Source: Spirochaetia bacterium (GTDB lineage: Bacteria; Spirochaetota; Spirochaetia; WTKD01; G963693115). From it: a DNA stretch of 64,000 nucleotides. Under the pieces are notes generated by a model, which made no database searches, was not told where the DNA came from, and saw only the letters and a program-made list of their open reading frames with translations. This document shows positions 29,729-40,428 of this stretch, one piece after another; the first letter of the stretch is position 1, and each line of letters starts with the position of its first letter. A program made the translations under genes and the position numbers. The DNA is taken from the NCBI GenBank assembly GCA_965226065.1, contig OZ245332.1, positions 809,651-873,650 of the forward strand, in the 5' to 3' direction.

Positions 29729-30835
29729 ATGCACGAATTTATAGCAGAGATAGGCACTTCGCATCTCGGATCTTTTGAAAAAGCAAAATGCATGATAGAT
29801 GCAGCGCGTAAGGCAGGTGCAACAACTGCAAAGTTTCAATGGGTTATAGCCGATGAAATAATTTCAAAGCATGCGGGTATTATTACCCTACCTAATGGAG
29901 ATACAAACATCTACGAGTATTTTTTGTCAGTGGAAAAAGATAAAGATTTTTACGCAAAACTTAAATCTTACACAGAGAAATGCGGCTTAGAATTTTTATG
30001 CAGTGTCTTTGGGCTAAAATCTCTGCATCTATTGCTACAACTAAACCCAAAGAGAATAAAAATAGCCTCACCCGAAATAAACCATAGAGAACTCTTACAG
30101 TCCCTTGCACAACATAAAGTCGCAGTAGTGCTCTCAAGTGGTGTATCAACTTTGATAGATTTATTACGAGCGGTCAATATTCTACGTGCAGGCAAAATAG
30201 AAGATATTGCTATATTACGCTGCGTTACAGAATATCCTGCTTCACCTTATTCGTACGCACTACAATTACTGGAAAAATACCAAACACTCTTTCAATGCCA
30301 ATGCGGAATATCTGACCACACGCAAGAAACTTCAATACTTCCTACTATCGCAGCAGCATATGGAAGCACGATGGTAGAAAAACATTTTTTTCTCCCTAAT
30401 GAACACGACGAGGTAACACGCTGTCCTGATGATCCTATTGCATTATCACCTCATGCATTTTCTGAAATGGTAAAATCTACTACAAACATCGCAACAATAT
30501 ACAAAACAAAAGGCCATCGCGCTGCAAAAACTGCGGTTAAAAAATGCTATGGTGAGAAGACCGTTCACGCAGTTATAGGTACTAGACAATCTTCAAAAAA
30601 ACAAAAACATAGCGCTGCATTGTTACCTCATTACTTTACTACGCGAAGAAGTCTTTTTGCGCGTACAAACATAGCAAAAGGGAATATACTCACACCACAA
30701 AATTGTATATTGCAGCGTAGTGAACACAACACAAGGCCGGGTATACCCACTGAAGCATATACCACAATTTTGGGTAAAAAAGTACATTCGAAAATAGCAA
30801 AAGGCATGCCAATAACATTTGAACATTTCCTGTAG
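29729..30835 (+). CDS. NeuB-family nonulosonic-acid (sialic/pseudaminic/legionaminic acid) synthase-like protein with SAF domain
   Basis: N-terminus FIAEIGTSHLGSFEKAKCMIDAARKAGATTAKFQ matches the NeuB TIM-barrel signature (IAEIG.NH.G....A..MI..A...GA...KFQ). The C-terminal ~60 aa are SAF/antifreeze-like. Start taken at MHEFIAE. Confidence 0.65.
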   Translation: MHEFIAEIGTSHLGSFEKAKCMIDAARKAGATTAKFQWVIADEIISKHAGIITLPNGDTNIYEYFLSVEKDKDFYAKLKSYTEKCGLEFLCSVFGLKSLHLLLQLNPKRIKIASPEINHRELLQSLAQHKVAVVLSSGVSTLIDLLRAVNILRAGKIEDIAILRCVTEYPASPYSYALQLLEKYQTLFQCQCGISDHTQETSILPTIAAAYGSTMVEKHFFLPNEHDEVTRCPDDPIALSPHAFSEMVKSTTNIATIYKTKGHRAAKTAVKKCYGEKTVHAVIGTRQSSKKQKHSAALLPHYFTTRRSLFARTNIAKGNILTPQNCILQRSEHNTRPGIPTEAYTTILGKKVHSKIAKGMPITFEHFL

Positions 30836-30917
30836 GAGTAATTGAGAAAAAGCATTGAGACTATGCAGAAAACTCTAAATCTCATCAAGGTTATTTTCAA
30901 TATATTTGATTATATTT

Positions 30918-31626
30918 AGAAGAAGGAGAACCACTAAAAGAAGGTATCAGAGAAGTAGAAAGAGCAGGAAGGTTTTTTCACTATTTCGCTGCAGAAGCAT
31001 TGAGAAACATCGGCGATTTTGTAGACTCAGTTCGTACAGAAGTACAAATAGAAGTATTTAGAGTGCCGGTAGGTACCGTACTTGTTATCACGCCATGGAA
31101 TTTTCCTGTTGCACTCCCTGCATGGAAAATAGCTCCTGCACTTGCCTTTGGTAACAGCGTTATCTTAAAACCTGCTTCCACTACTCCAGCTAGTGCCTGT
31201 GCCTTGGCAAAAATAATTCACGAAGCAGGAGTGCCTGAAGCTGTGTTTCAAATGCTACTCAGCGACTCTGTACTCGGAGAAACATTGGTAAAAAATCCCG
31301 CATTTGATGCAGTAAGCTTTAGAGGATCCTTTGCCGTAGGACGCAATATTGCAAGACTCTCAGGTGAGCTACTACGCCACTTCCAATTAGAAATGGGCAG
31401 CAAAAACGCACTCATCATCCTTGATGATGCCGACATTGATATTGCAGTAGCCTGTGCAATCAATGGTGCCTTTGGTGGTACAGGGCAAAAATGCACTGCA
31501 TCCTCTCGCATCATTGTAAGCGAAGGAATATACAAAACCTTTCTCGAAAAATTCACAGAAGCGGCTTCACAATTTAGGCTATTCGGGAGGTATGTTAGGA
31601 CTAAGCCTATATCCTTTTCATCTTAA
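30918..31626 (+). pseudogene. Aldehyde dehydrogenase family gene remnant (central ~230 aa only)
   Basis: Open frame ...[23 protein letters not shown]...[32 protein letters not shown]...ELGGKNA-like LEMGSKNALII...GQKCTASSR. It lacks the first ~100 aa and the C-terminal catalytic Cys domain end. Confidence 0.6.
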
Positions 31627-31654
31627 AAATACCTCTGATTGTCAGATATCTGAC

Positions 31655-31756
31655 ATGATGGACGAAATAAAACGTATAGTTGATTTGGTGGGAATAGATC
31701 ATGTCGCATTAGGTACAGATATTTGTCAAGGTCGCTCTGTGCAAGAATTAGAATAA
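31655..31756 (+). pseudogene. Fragment resembling the C-terminal end of a membrane dipeptidase (M19)
   Basis: The 34 codons MMDEIKRIVDLVGIDHVALGTDICQGRSVQELE* resemble the IDHVGIGSDFDG region of M19 dipeptidases. Very short, so the call is tentative. Confidence 0.35.
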
Positions 31757-31766
31757 CTGAAGCGGT

Positions 31767-32997
31767 GTGTTTTGGGCAGCAGGAGAACCTATCGCACATT
31801 TTCTCAATCCTCCTCCACTTTTTGGTGTAGAAGGCAAAACGGCAGAAGCTGTTGCCCCCTGCATTAGCACAAAGTTTTATGCACTGGGGATTTTTAGCAT
31901 GGGCTATTGCAGGAACTCTTACTGCCATCGTCATGATGTACTACTGTTACAACAAAAAGTTACCTTTCAAACCACGGACACTTCTCTATCCCATATTTAA
32001 AGAAAAAATAATGACAGGACCCTTAAGTATACTTGTCAATGCAAGTTGTATTATTGCAGTGGTAGCAGGTACCGTAGGTCCAATTGGATTTTTAGGATTA
32101 CAGGTAGGCTATGGCTTGAATAAAATGCTCAATATTCCTAATAATGCTATAACACAATCTGCCATTATATTATTACTCATGATAATTTATGTAAGTTCAG
32201 CCGTCTCAGGAGTTTCAAAAGGTATACAATTACTTAGTAGGATCAATGTTATTATTGCAATTGGATTGACGATTTTCATTGTCTTCTTTGGTAAGGTAGA
32301 ATTTATCGTAGATTCATATTTACAATCCTTCGGATTATATATTTCTGAATTTCTTTCTATGTCGCTTTATAGAGGTGACAGTACATGGTTAAGTTGGTGG
32401 ACAGTTTTTTTCTGGGGATGGTTTTTAGGATACGGACCTTTGATGGCAATTTTTATAGCGCGTATATCAAAAGGTAGAACTATACGAAATGTTATTATTA
32501 CAACTTCTATAATTGGTCCATTGATTATGACATTTTGGTTCACTATTGTAGGCGGAAGTGGTATATTCTTTGAACTTAACAATCCCAATTCTATTGCAGG
32601 AGCATTTGAAGGATTTAATCTTCCTGCGGCACTAATTGCCATAACCACGCAACTTCCATTTGGTACATTACTTACCTATATTTTTATTATTCTCACATTC
32701 ATTTTTGTTGCTACTACTGGCAACTCCATGACATTGAGCATACCCATATGCATGACAGGAGATGAGAATCTTAGCACACTTACTCAAGTATTTTGGGGCG
32801 TTTTTATGTGACTCATGGCAATTGTTCTTGTGCTGATGGGAGCAGGCAGCATATCTGCTTTGCAATCGTTTATTGTTATTACCGCGATACCTGTTTCTTT
32901 GATACTTCTACCTTCGCTATTGCAGAATAATATTTACACCCTATCTTTACTTAATTTCAAAGTAATCAAAATACCAAATACTCGCGGTGATACATAG
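31767..32997 (+). pseudogene. BCCT-family (betaine/carnitine/choline) transporter gene disrupted by frameshifts
   Basis: Three consecutive ORFs in different frames (31767-32000, 31852-32811, 32815-32997) together carry BCCT sequence. This includes the family signature WTVFFWGWFLGYGPLMAIFIARISKGRTIR. Confidence 0.65.
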
Positions 32998-33006
32998 CAT
33001 ATATAA

Positions 33007-34464
33007 CTAATACGCTTTGGCAAACACCGCGAAATATTGTGCCTTGCAGCCTGTGTATATGCACCTATGCGTGTCTTTTGGTACTTCTTCATGCAGTATA
33101 CGAATGGTCGCCTTGGTTTTTTCCTTAATGGCAATTTCAGTTTGTGAAGTACCATCCCATGGAGCGATAACATAGCCCGAAACATCACTTTGCATATGCG
33201 AAACTAACTCATCAAAAGTAAAAACACGCCGTGTATGCGCATCTACAAAATTACGCGCTTTGTTCAACAAGTCGCCTTGCATAGTATTAAGGGTAATACC
33301 TACGTATTCATGCGCCTTTTCTAAGGGTAGAAAAACCTTCTCACCTGTATCACGACGCACCACAACACATTGATTTTTTTCTAAATCTTTCGGACCGATT
33401 TCAATGCGTATGCAGGCACCGCGCAACTCCCACTCTGCAAATTTCCACCCCGGTGAGGTAGTATCATCGCTATCACATGTTACCCTATAATCAGTAGAAA
33501 GCGTTTTTGTAAGAGACTGCGCCATCTCTTCTATAGCGCGCTTATCTGTGCCTTTTTTATAAATAGGAATTACCACAACATGAGTAGGCGCAATTTTTGG
33601 CGGAACAACCAAGCCCTTATCATCAGAATGTGTCATGATAACCGCGCCTATAAGGCGTGTAGAAACTCCCCACGATGTTGCCCACACGTAGTCAAGTTTC
33701 AAATCACGCGTTTGATATTGAACCTCAAAAGCTTTTGCAAAATTCTGTCCAAGAAAATGAGATGTGCCTGCCTGTAAAGATTTACCATCCTGCATTAGCG
33801 CTTCTATACCATATGTTTCTACCGCGCCTGCAAATTTTTCTTCCTCAGATTTTCTGCCATAGAGAATAGGCAAAGCAAGTACATCTTGTGCAAATTGCTT
33901 GTAAATTTCAAAGATGCGCAAGGTCTCTTCTCGTGCTTCTGCTTCACTTTCATGTGCCGTATGCCCTTCTTGCCACAAAAATTCCGTTGTACGCAAAAAA
34001 GGACGAGTGCGTTTTTCCCATCGCACCGCATTTGCCCATTGATTTATCAAAATTGGCAGGTCTCTATAAGACTGTATCCATTTTTTGTACATGCTCCAAA
34101 TTATCGTTTCAGATGTCGGTCGCACTATAAGTGGCTCTTCCAATGTGTCTCCCCCACCGTGTGTCACAACCGCAAGCTCGGGAGCAAAACCATCTACATG
34201 CTCACGCTCTTTGGCAATAAAACTCTGCGGTATAAAAAGAGGAAAATACGCATTCACATGTCCCGTCTCCTTCAAACGAGCATCAAGATGTTCTTTCAAA
34301 AGCTCCCACATAACATAGCCACGTGGACGAATGACCATACATCCTTTGATAGAGCTGTAATCAGCGAGCTCAGCACGCGTTACAATGTCTAAATACCATT
34401 GCGAGTAATCATCTTTTTGAGAAGTAATTTTTTTCTCCATCTTTCTTAGTATAGCAAAGCGCAT
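33007..34464 (-). CDS. proS: Prolyl-tRNA synthetase, archaeal/eukaryotic-type
   Basis: 485 aa. N-terminus ...[18 protein letters not shown]. Class II motifs. No bacterial-type insertion domain. Confidence 0.9.
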   Translation of the reverse strand: MRFAILRKMEKKITSQKDDYSQWYLDIVTRAELADYSSIKGCMVIRPRGYVMWELLKEHLDARLKETGHVNAYFPLFIPQSFIAKEREHVDGFAPELAVVTHGGGDTLEEPLIVRPTSETIIWSMYKKWIQSYRDLPILINQWANAVRWEKRTRPFLRTTEFLWQEGHTAHESEAEAREETLRIFEIYKQFAQDVLALPILYGRKSEEEKFAGAVETYGIEALMQDGKSLQAGTSHFLGQNFAKAFEVQYQTRDLKLDYVWATSWGVSTRLIGAVIMTHSDDKGLVVPPKIAPTHVVVIPIYKKGTDKRAIEEMAQSLTKTLSTDYRVTCDSDDTTSPGWKFAEWELRGACIRIEIGPKDLEKNQCVVVRRDTGEKVFLPLEKAHEYVGITLNTMQGDLLNKARNFVDAHTRRVFTFDELVSHMQSDVSGYVIAPWDGTSQTEIAIKEKTKATIRILHEEVPKDTHRCIYTGCKAQYFAVFAKAY

Positions 34465-34592
34465 GATGCAACTAAAATGTAAATTTTCGAGAGTAAAAAT
34501 CTGATTTTTGAAAGAATATTTTGATGTGTAATAAATACTTAACTACTACAAAATAAAAAGTAAAATGTTATCCCCTAAGGCGGACTTGCAAG

Positions 34593-36934
34593 TTAATTGT
34601 ATTTTCTTATGCGATAACAAAGACCCTTTTTCCAATTCCCGTCTCTATGTGTCCCAGTTGCACTGCAGTGATATTCATGCAGTTTTACTGTTATTTTATA
34701 AGATGCTGTACTTTCCGTATACTTCTCATTTTGTTCTTTTTTCGCAGTAATTGTTTCTGTTTTTGATCCTCTAAAAATTATAAGTCGATCCATATCAATT
34801 CTAGAAGATGATGCTGTGTATATAATTCTTCTTTTGTCGCCGGGGATATCTCTGCTTACACGCACCTTTTGAAGCCTTGCTCGTCCAAAAGCGTTTCTGA
34901 TTTTCCCAAACTTTGGCACATTAACTGTTAGCATAAAAGGTCCTGTTTTTGTAAAGAAAAGCGTATCGCCCGTTTGCCTCGTAAACGTTATCGGGACACT
35001 GTCTATGACAGCTTCTTCGTATTTCGAATCTCCAGGTAGTATCGCTTGTACAATTACATTTTCAGCAAACTGATTAGCGGTAATTTTTCCATTGCCTAGT
35101 GTCACTCCAGTATGACGGTTTTTCAATTTATACCTATGCAGCGGTGCAGGGGTAAATGTAATAGCTGTTCCCCACGGCACACTCGTTTTACTGAATATAG
35201 GCTTTGTCGCAGGTCTCGTCTGCTTCGTAAACTCAATCGGGACACTGTCTATGACAGCTTCTTCGTATTTCGAATCTCCAGGTAGTATCGCTTGTACAAT
35301 TATATTTTTAGCAAACTGATTAGCGGTAATTTTTCCATTGCCTAGTGTCACTCCAGTATGACGGTTTTTCAATTTATACCTATGCAACGGTGCAGGGGTA
35401 AATGTAATAGCTGTTCCCCACGGCACACTCGTTCTACTGAATATAGGCTTTGTCGCAGGTCTCGTCTGCTTCGTAAACTCAATCGGGTCGCTTTCTACTT
35501 TCCCACTATATCCCGCACGTCTCACTTCTATCACTACTGCGCTCACAGACTCTGTCGCACTTATTCTCGCAGGGTCACTGCTTGTGTCTAAGCTCACTAC
35601 TCCGCCTTTGCTGTCTTTCAATTCATACGTATAGCCCTCAAGCTTTTCAAAGCTTATATCCGTTCCCCATGGCTCACTTTTACTAGGTCTGAATGTCGGC
35701 TTCACAATATCTCCCGTGTTTGTGCTTGCTTTCACGCGTAATTCATATTCTTCGCGTTCCTCTGCGTATTTATCATCCGCTGCCTTCCTCGCTGTTATCG
35801 TAAATGTATTGCCTACCGCTGCTGCCTCAATGCTCACTTCACCACTACTGCCGTCTATTCTCGCTCCACTGCTACTCGGATTTATGCTGTATCGCACGGG
35901 TGTGTCTTCAGGGTCAGTTTCTGTAATTACATGCGTATATTTGTTTTCATTTGTGTTAAACATGAAATCATGACTTGCACTTTCAAACTTAAATCTATCT
36001 CCCGCTTGCCTCGTAAATGCTATTTCTGCACTTTCTTCTTTTCCCTCATATTCTGTGTGTGTCACTTCTATCACTACTGCACTCACAGACTCTGTCGCAC
36101 TTATTCTCGCAGGGTTATTGCTTATGTCTAAGCTCACTACTCCGCCTTTGCTGTCTTTCAATCTATACTTATGACCTTCAAGCATTCCAAAGGTAATGTC
36201 TGTTCCCCACTGCACACTCGTTTGACTGAATGCTGGCGCTTCTATCGCCTTTGCTGTGGTGCTTCTCCTCTCTACCGTGCTTCTTACTCCTTTGTCTGTC
36301 TCTATGTACAATTCACATATATACTCTTTTCCCGCTTTTAGCGCTAACTCATTCATCTTCATAGAAACTTCTTCTTGTGACGCTTCTTTCTCTTTAGCTA
36401 CCCCTCCTGTCTCATTACACTTCACTTTGTAGCTGTAACGTATCTCTAAGTCTTCGTTCACCTCGTTCTTTTTCCAGCGTAACTCAAGACTTCGTTTGCC
36501 ATCTTTTGTGGGCTGCTTTATTATCTTAAAATCTGTAGGTGGTTCTGGTTGCCCCGTTGTCCCTTCTGCTTTCTCTGACCACGGTCCTGAAAATTCTTCG
36601 TAGATTGCCTGCACCTTAAACCAATACTGTATTCCTTCTTCTAGTTTGCGTATCGTAAACCCTTCTGCTTCCATGAACTTAGGGACTACCTCTCGTTTGT
36701 TAAGAGTCTTGCCGTCTACTATGCCATATGATATTCCATAGGCTGCCACCTTCTCTTCTTTTAGCTTCTTTACATCCCATTTCAGAAATACTGCTTCTTT
36801 TTCAAAGGATGCTTTTATAATTTTTGCTTTTTGTGGAATTACTGTGTATAGTACTTTGTCGGGTTCACAGCTTACTAATGCTATCGTAATGAGTATATAT
36901 ATATATATATATATATAGGTTTCTTATGTGTCAT
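34593..36934 (-). CDS. Variable surface lipoprotein copy C (~780 aa if in frame; phase-OFF at TA tract)
   Basis: ATG at 36934 (MTHKKP...), (TA)12 at 36894-36917, then the signal peptide frame is shifted (offset 41 nt, not divisible by 3). The downstream frame is open to 34593. It carries the FN3-like N-module, Ig-like domains and an internal 83-aa duplication. Confidence 0.6.
34985..35482 (-). repeat. Intragenic ~249-bp direct duplication in copy C
   Basis: TKQTRPATKPIFS(R/K)TSVPWGTAITFTPAPLHRYKLKNRHTGVTLGNGKITANQFA.N.IVQAILPGDSKYEEAVIDSVPI.F occurs twice. The DNA is near-identical. Confidence 0.75.
36894..36917 (-). repeat. (TA)12 tract in copy C
   Basis: Counted on the plus strand between GAG (36891-36893) and GG (36918-36919). 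Confidence 0.9.
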
Positions 36935-37088
36935 AAATTACTCTTGTACTGTGTAAAAGTTTTCTAAGAATTAAAACAAACTTTTACCTACATATATAAT
37001 GGTACATTTACTCTTTTTTTCAAGCCTTTTTTTACCTAAAATACATTACAATTTTGTCATGTATTACATGGTGTTTTAGCGTCTTTAG
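36935..37088 (-). promoter_or_regulatory. Conserved 5' expression module, copy C
   Basis: Reverse complement matches the copy A/B module. Confidence 0.55.
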
Positions 37089-37248
37089 ACATACTGCTTA
37101 TGCTTTTGCCTCTATCATGTCACGGCTGATAGGTAGACAGAATAGGGTATTATCCACAGTAAAATAATACTGAAATATAACACGCTTACATTACATTTTA
37201 CGCTTGCACCTCATCGATGTTTGGACATTCTTTGTCGCTTGTTTTCTT

Positions 37249-40158
37249 TTACCATGCCCATTTCGGCTTATTTGATTTCTGCATTGCGGTTGCACTCATG
37301 AATATGTATTGGGCGTTTCTTCCGCTTTTGTCTACCCAAGCGGTTAAGTCTTGATTGAATGAAGTAGCAAAGTAGAACATATAGCTCATGGCTGTTACAC
37401 TTGATACATCCCAATTATTAAGCGACTGATTGAATGAAGTAGCCTCTCTGAACATATGGCTCATTTCTGTTACACTCGATACAGTCCAATTATTAAGCGG
37501 CTTATTGAATGAGGTAGCATTTTGAAACATACTCCACATTTCTGTTACACTCGATACAGTCCAATTATTAAGCGGCTGATTGAATGAAGCAGCATTGTCA
37601 AACATATGGCTCATGGTTGCTACACTCGATACATCCCAATTATTAAGCGGCTGATTGAATGAAGTAGCATTGTAAAACATACCGCTCATGTCTGTTACGC
37701 TTGAGGTGTTCCATTTGCTAATGTCACCGTTAAAAGTAGCATTGTTATAAAAAAGCTCGCTCATATCGGTTATGTCTGAAGTATCGATGTAGTTTAGATC
37801 TACTTCGTTGCCGTGTGCTCTTATGGCTTGCTTAATTTCGTATATCAATTCTGCTTTAGTTGGGGTTTTGAATTTTGCCACTGTTAGCTGGTATGATGCT
37901 CTTTGTGCTTCGTATTTTGCACTTTGTGCCTTTCTTGCTGTTATTGTAAATGTATTGCCTATCGCTGCTACTGTAAAGTCTACTTTACCGCTTACGCTAT
38001 CTATGCTCGCAACTGCTCCCGTGGGACTGATGCTATATTCGATGTCCCTAGTATCACCGCTTACGCTTCTATCATTAGTAGCAACCTGTGTATAAGTATT
38101 TCCACCTGTTGCATACATGGTATTCTTATTCACGGTTGCAAAGCGGATCGTACTACCTGCCTGCCTTCTAAACTCAATAGGATCACTTTCTACGCTTCCC
38201 GTATAACCTCTACGCTTTGCAACAATAATAATATTTGCTGCTGGCTGTGTTGCTGTTATTTGCCCGGTACTCTTATCAAACGCTACCCCGGTTATAGCTT
38301 GTTTCAATTCATAGCTATGATCCACTACTTTTGTAAGTCTGATAGGTGTACCCCACCTCTCGCTTCTTTTGCTTACCGCTGGTTTTGTAATATCTCCTGT
38401 GTTTGTATTTGCTTGCACTCTTAGCTGGTATGATGCTCTTTGTGCTTCGTATTTTGCACTCTGTGCCTTTCTTGCTGTTATCGTAAATGTTGTCCCTATC
38501 GCTGCTAGTGTAAAGTCTACTTTACCGCTTCCCGTATCGATGCTTGCACCTACTCCCGTGGGACTGATGCTATACGATACGACTCCCGTATCTCCTGCTA
38601 CTACTCTATCGTTAGTAACCGTCTGTGTATGAGTATTTCCCTTGCCGTATTGTACCGCTACATCGATGTTTGCAAAGCGGAGCGTACTACCTGCTTGTCT
38701 TGTAAACTCAATAGGATCGCTTTCTACGCTTCCCGTATAACCTCTACGCTTTGCCACAATAATAATCCTTGCTGCTGGCTGTGTTGCTGTTATTTGCCCG
38801 GTACTCTTATCAAACACTACCCCGGTTATAGCTTGTTTCAATTCATAGCTATGATCCGCTACTTTTGTAAGTCTGATAGGTGTACCCCAGCTCTCGCTTC
38901 TTTTGCTTACCGCTGGTTTTGTAATATCTCCTGTGTTTGTATTCGCTTGCACTCTTAGCTGGTATGATGCTCTTTGTGCTTCGTATTTTGCACTTTGTGC
39001 CTTTCTTGCTGTTATCGTAAATGTCTTGCCGACTGCTCCTAGCGTAAAGTCTACTTTACCGCTTCCCGTATCTACGCTTGTACCTGCTCCCGTGGGACTG
39101 ATGCTATACGATACGACTCCGGTATCTCCTGCTACTACTTTATCGTTAGTAACAGTTTGTGTATGAGTATTTCCGCTTTTTCCATATTCTATCGGTACAT
39201 CAATGTTTACAAAGCGAAGCGTATTGCCTGCTTGTCTCGTAAACTCAATAAGTTCACTTTCTGCACTCCCTGTATAGCCTGTGCGTTTTGCAACAATAAT
39301 AATCCCTGTTACCGGCTGTGTTGCTGTTACTTGCCCGGTGCTCTCATCAAACACTACCCCGCTTATAGCTTGTTTCAATGCGTAGCTATGATCTACTACT
39401 TTTGTAAGTGTAATCGGTGTTCCCCACCTTTCGCTTCTTTTACTTACCGCTGGTTTCTCTATATCATCAAACGCAAGTACTCCGCTTTGCTTTACTTCGC
39501 TTAGCGTTCCTTTATCTGTTTTTACCTGCACACTACAAACATAGTTCACCTTCCCGCTTGTCTCCAGTACTCCTTTTGTAGATACCTTTGTAGGTGCTGA
39601 AAATGTCTTTTCATATTTACTTGTAGGGTTATTGCTATCCCAGCACTTTACCCTATATTCTTCTATATTTAATTTTCTTTCATCATTCAATGGGTTATTT
39701 TCCCACGATACATCTACAAACCATTTTGTCCCTAGCGTGTTTTTATCTACCTTAAAGTCTACCGGTGGCTCTGGCTTACCCGTTGTTCCTTCTGCTTTCT
39801 CAGACCAGGGTCCCGCAAACTCTTCATAGATTGCCTGCACCTTAAACCAATATTGAGTCCCTTCTTTTAGCTTGCGTATTGTAAAGCCTTCTTTTTCCAT
39901 GAACTTAGGCACTACTTCTCGTTTGTTAAGAGTCTTGCCGTCTACTATGCCATATGATATTCCATAGGCTGCCACCTTCTCCTCTTTTAGCTTCTTTACA
40001 TTCCATTTTAGAAATACTGCTTCTTTCTTAAAGGAGGACTCTATAATTTTCGCTTTTTGTGGAATTACTGTATATAGTACTTTGTCGGGTTCACAGCTTA
40101 CTAATGCTATCGTAATGAGTATATATATATATATATATATAGGCTTTTTATGTCTCAT
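37249..40158 (-). CDS. Variable surface lipoprotein copy D, full length and in frame (969 aa): FN3-like N-module, 3x178-aa Ig-like repeats, C-terminal DUF285/BspA-like repeat array
   Basis: ATG at 40158. MRHKKPIYIYIYILITIALVSCEPD... with lipobox LVSC. (TA)11 is in frame. The ORF is continuous to 37249. Confidence 0.85.
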   Translation of the reverse strand: MRHKKPIYIYIYILITIALVSCEPDKVLYTVIPQKAKIIESSFKKEAVFLKWNVKKLKEEKVAAYGISYGIVDGKTLNKREVVPKFMEKEGFTIRKLKEGTQYWFKVQAIYEEFAGPWSEKAEGTTGKPEPPVDFKVDKNTLGTKWFVDVSWENNPLNDERKLNIEEYRVKCWDSNNPTSKYEKTFSAPTKVSTKGVLETSGKVNYVCSVQVKTDKGTLSEVKQSGVLAFDDIEKPAVSKRSERWGTPITLTKVVDHSYALKQAISGVVFDESTGQVTATQPVTGIIIVAKRTGYTGSAESELIEFTRQAGNTLRFVNIDVPIEYGKSGNTHTQTVTNDKVVAGDTGVVSYSISPTGAGTSVDTGSGKVDFTLGAVGKTFTITARKAQSAKYEAQRASYQLRVQANTNTGDITKPAVSKRSESWGTPIRLTKVADHSYELKQAITGVVFDKSTGQITATQPAARIIIVAKRRGYTGSVESDPIEFTRQAGSTLRFANIDVAVQYGKGNTHTQTVTNDRVVAGDTGVVSYSISPTGVGASIDTGSGKVDFTLAAIGTTFTITARKAQSAKYEAQRASYQLRVQANTNTGDITKPAVSKRSERWGTPIRLTKVVDHSYELKQAITGVAFDKSTGQITATQPAANIIIVAKRRGYTGSVESDPIEFRRQAGSTIRFATVNKNTMYATGGNTYTQVATNDRSVSGDTRDIEYSISPTGAVASIDSVSGKVDFTVAAIGNTFTITARKAQSAKYEAQRASYQLTVAKFKTPTKAELIYEIKQAIRAHGNEVDLNYIDTSDITDMSELFYNNATFNGDISKWNTSSVTDMSGMFYNATSFNQPLNNWDVSSVATMSHMFDNAASFNQPLNNWTVSSVTEMWSMFQNATSFNKPLNNWTVSSVTEMSHMFREATSFNQSLNNWDVSSVTAMSYMFYFATSFNQDLTAWVDKSGRNAQYIFMSATAMQKSNKPKWAW
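37280..37770 (-). repeat. C-terminal array of ~6 x 27-aa repeats (FNQPLNNWDVSSVT.MS.MF.NATS), DUF285 / BspA-like LRR type
   Basis: Repeated peptide DISKWNTSSVTDMSGMFYNATSFNQPLNNWDVSSVATMSHMFDNAASFNQPLNNWTVSSVTEMWSMFQNATSFNKPLNNW... Period is 81 bp. Confidence 0.7.
37860..39470 (-). repeat. Three near-identical ~534-bp intragenic tandem repeats (178 aa each)
   Basis: Protein blocks KPAVSKRSE.WGTPI.LTKV.DHSY.LKQAI.GV.FD.STGQ.TATQP...IIIVAKR.GYTGS.ES.PIEF.RQAG.T.RF......TITARKAQSAKYEAQRASYQL.VQANTNTGDIT occur three times. The antisense ORFs 37808-38095, 38369-38632 and 38903-39166 are almost identical. Confidence 0.85.
40120..40141 (-). repeat. (TA)11 tract in copy D (in-frame, ON)
   Basis: ATG first base at 40158. 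First base of CTC (Leu) at 40119. Offset is 39 nt, so in frame. Confidence 0.9.
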
Positions 40159-40307
40159 GCATTACTCCTGTACTATGTAAAAGTTTTCTAAGGATTAAAA
40201 CAAACTTTTACCTATGTACATAATGGTACATTTATTCTTTTTTTCAAGCCTTTTTTCACCTAAAATACATTACAATTTTGTCATGTATTACATGGTGTTT
40301 TAGCGTC
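40159..40307 (-). promoter_or_regulatory. Conserved 5' expression module, copy D
   Basis: Reverse complement matches the module, including AGGAG 8 nt before the ATG. Confidence 0.55.
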
Positions 40308-40428
40308 TTTTTCTTTCCTTTCCTCTTTAGCCAAGTTTTTTAAGTCTTTTGCGTTCTTTCTTTTCAAGTCGTTTATGCATTTTGTAATCTGCCTCTAAGC
40401 CTTTCATGTCTTCGCTTTTCATATTCCG

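Noticed and set aside
37808-39504. Series of plus-strand ORFs (87-173 aa) inside 37.8-39.5 kb
   Set aside because: They are antisense to the in-frame 969-aa lipoprotein and simply mirror its three 534-bp repeats. Cys-rich nonsense translations.
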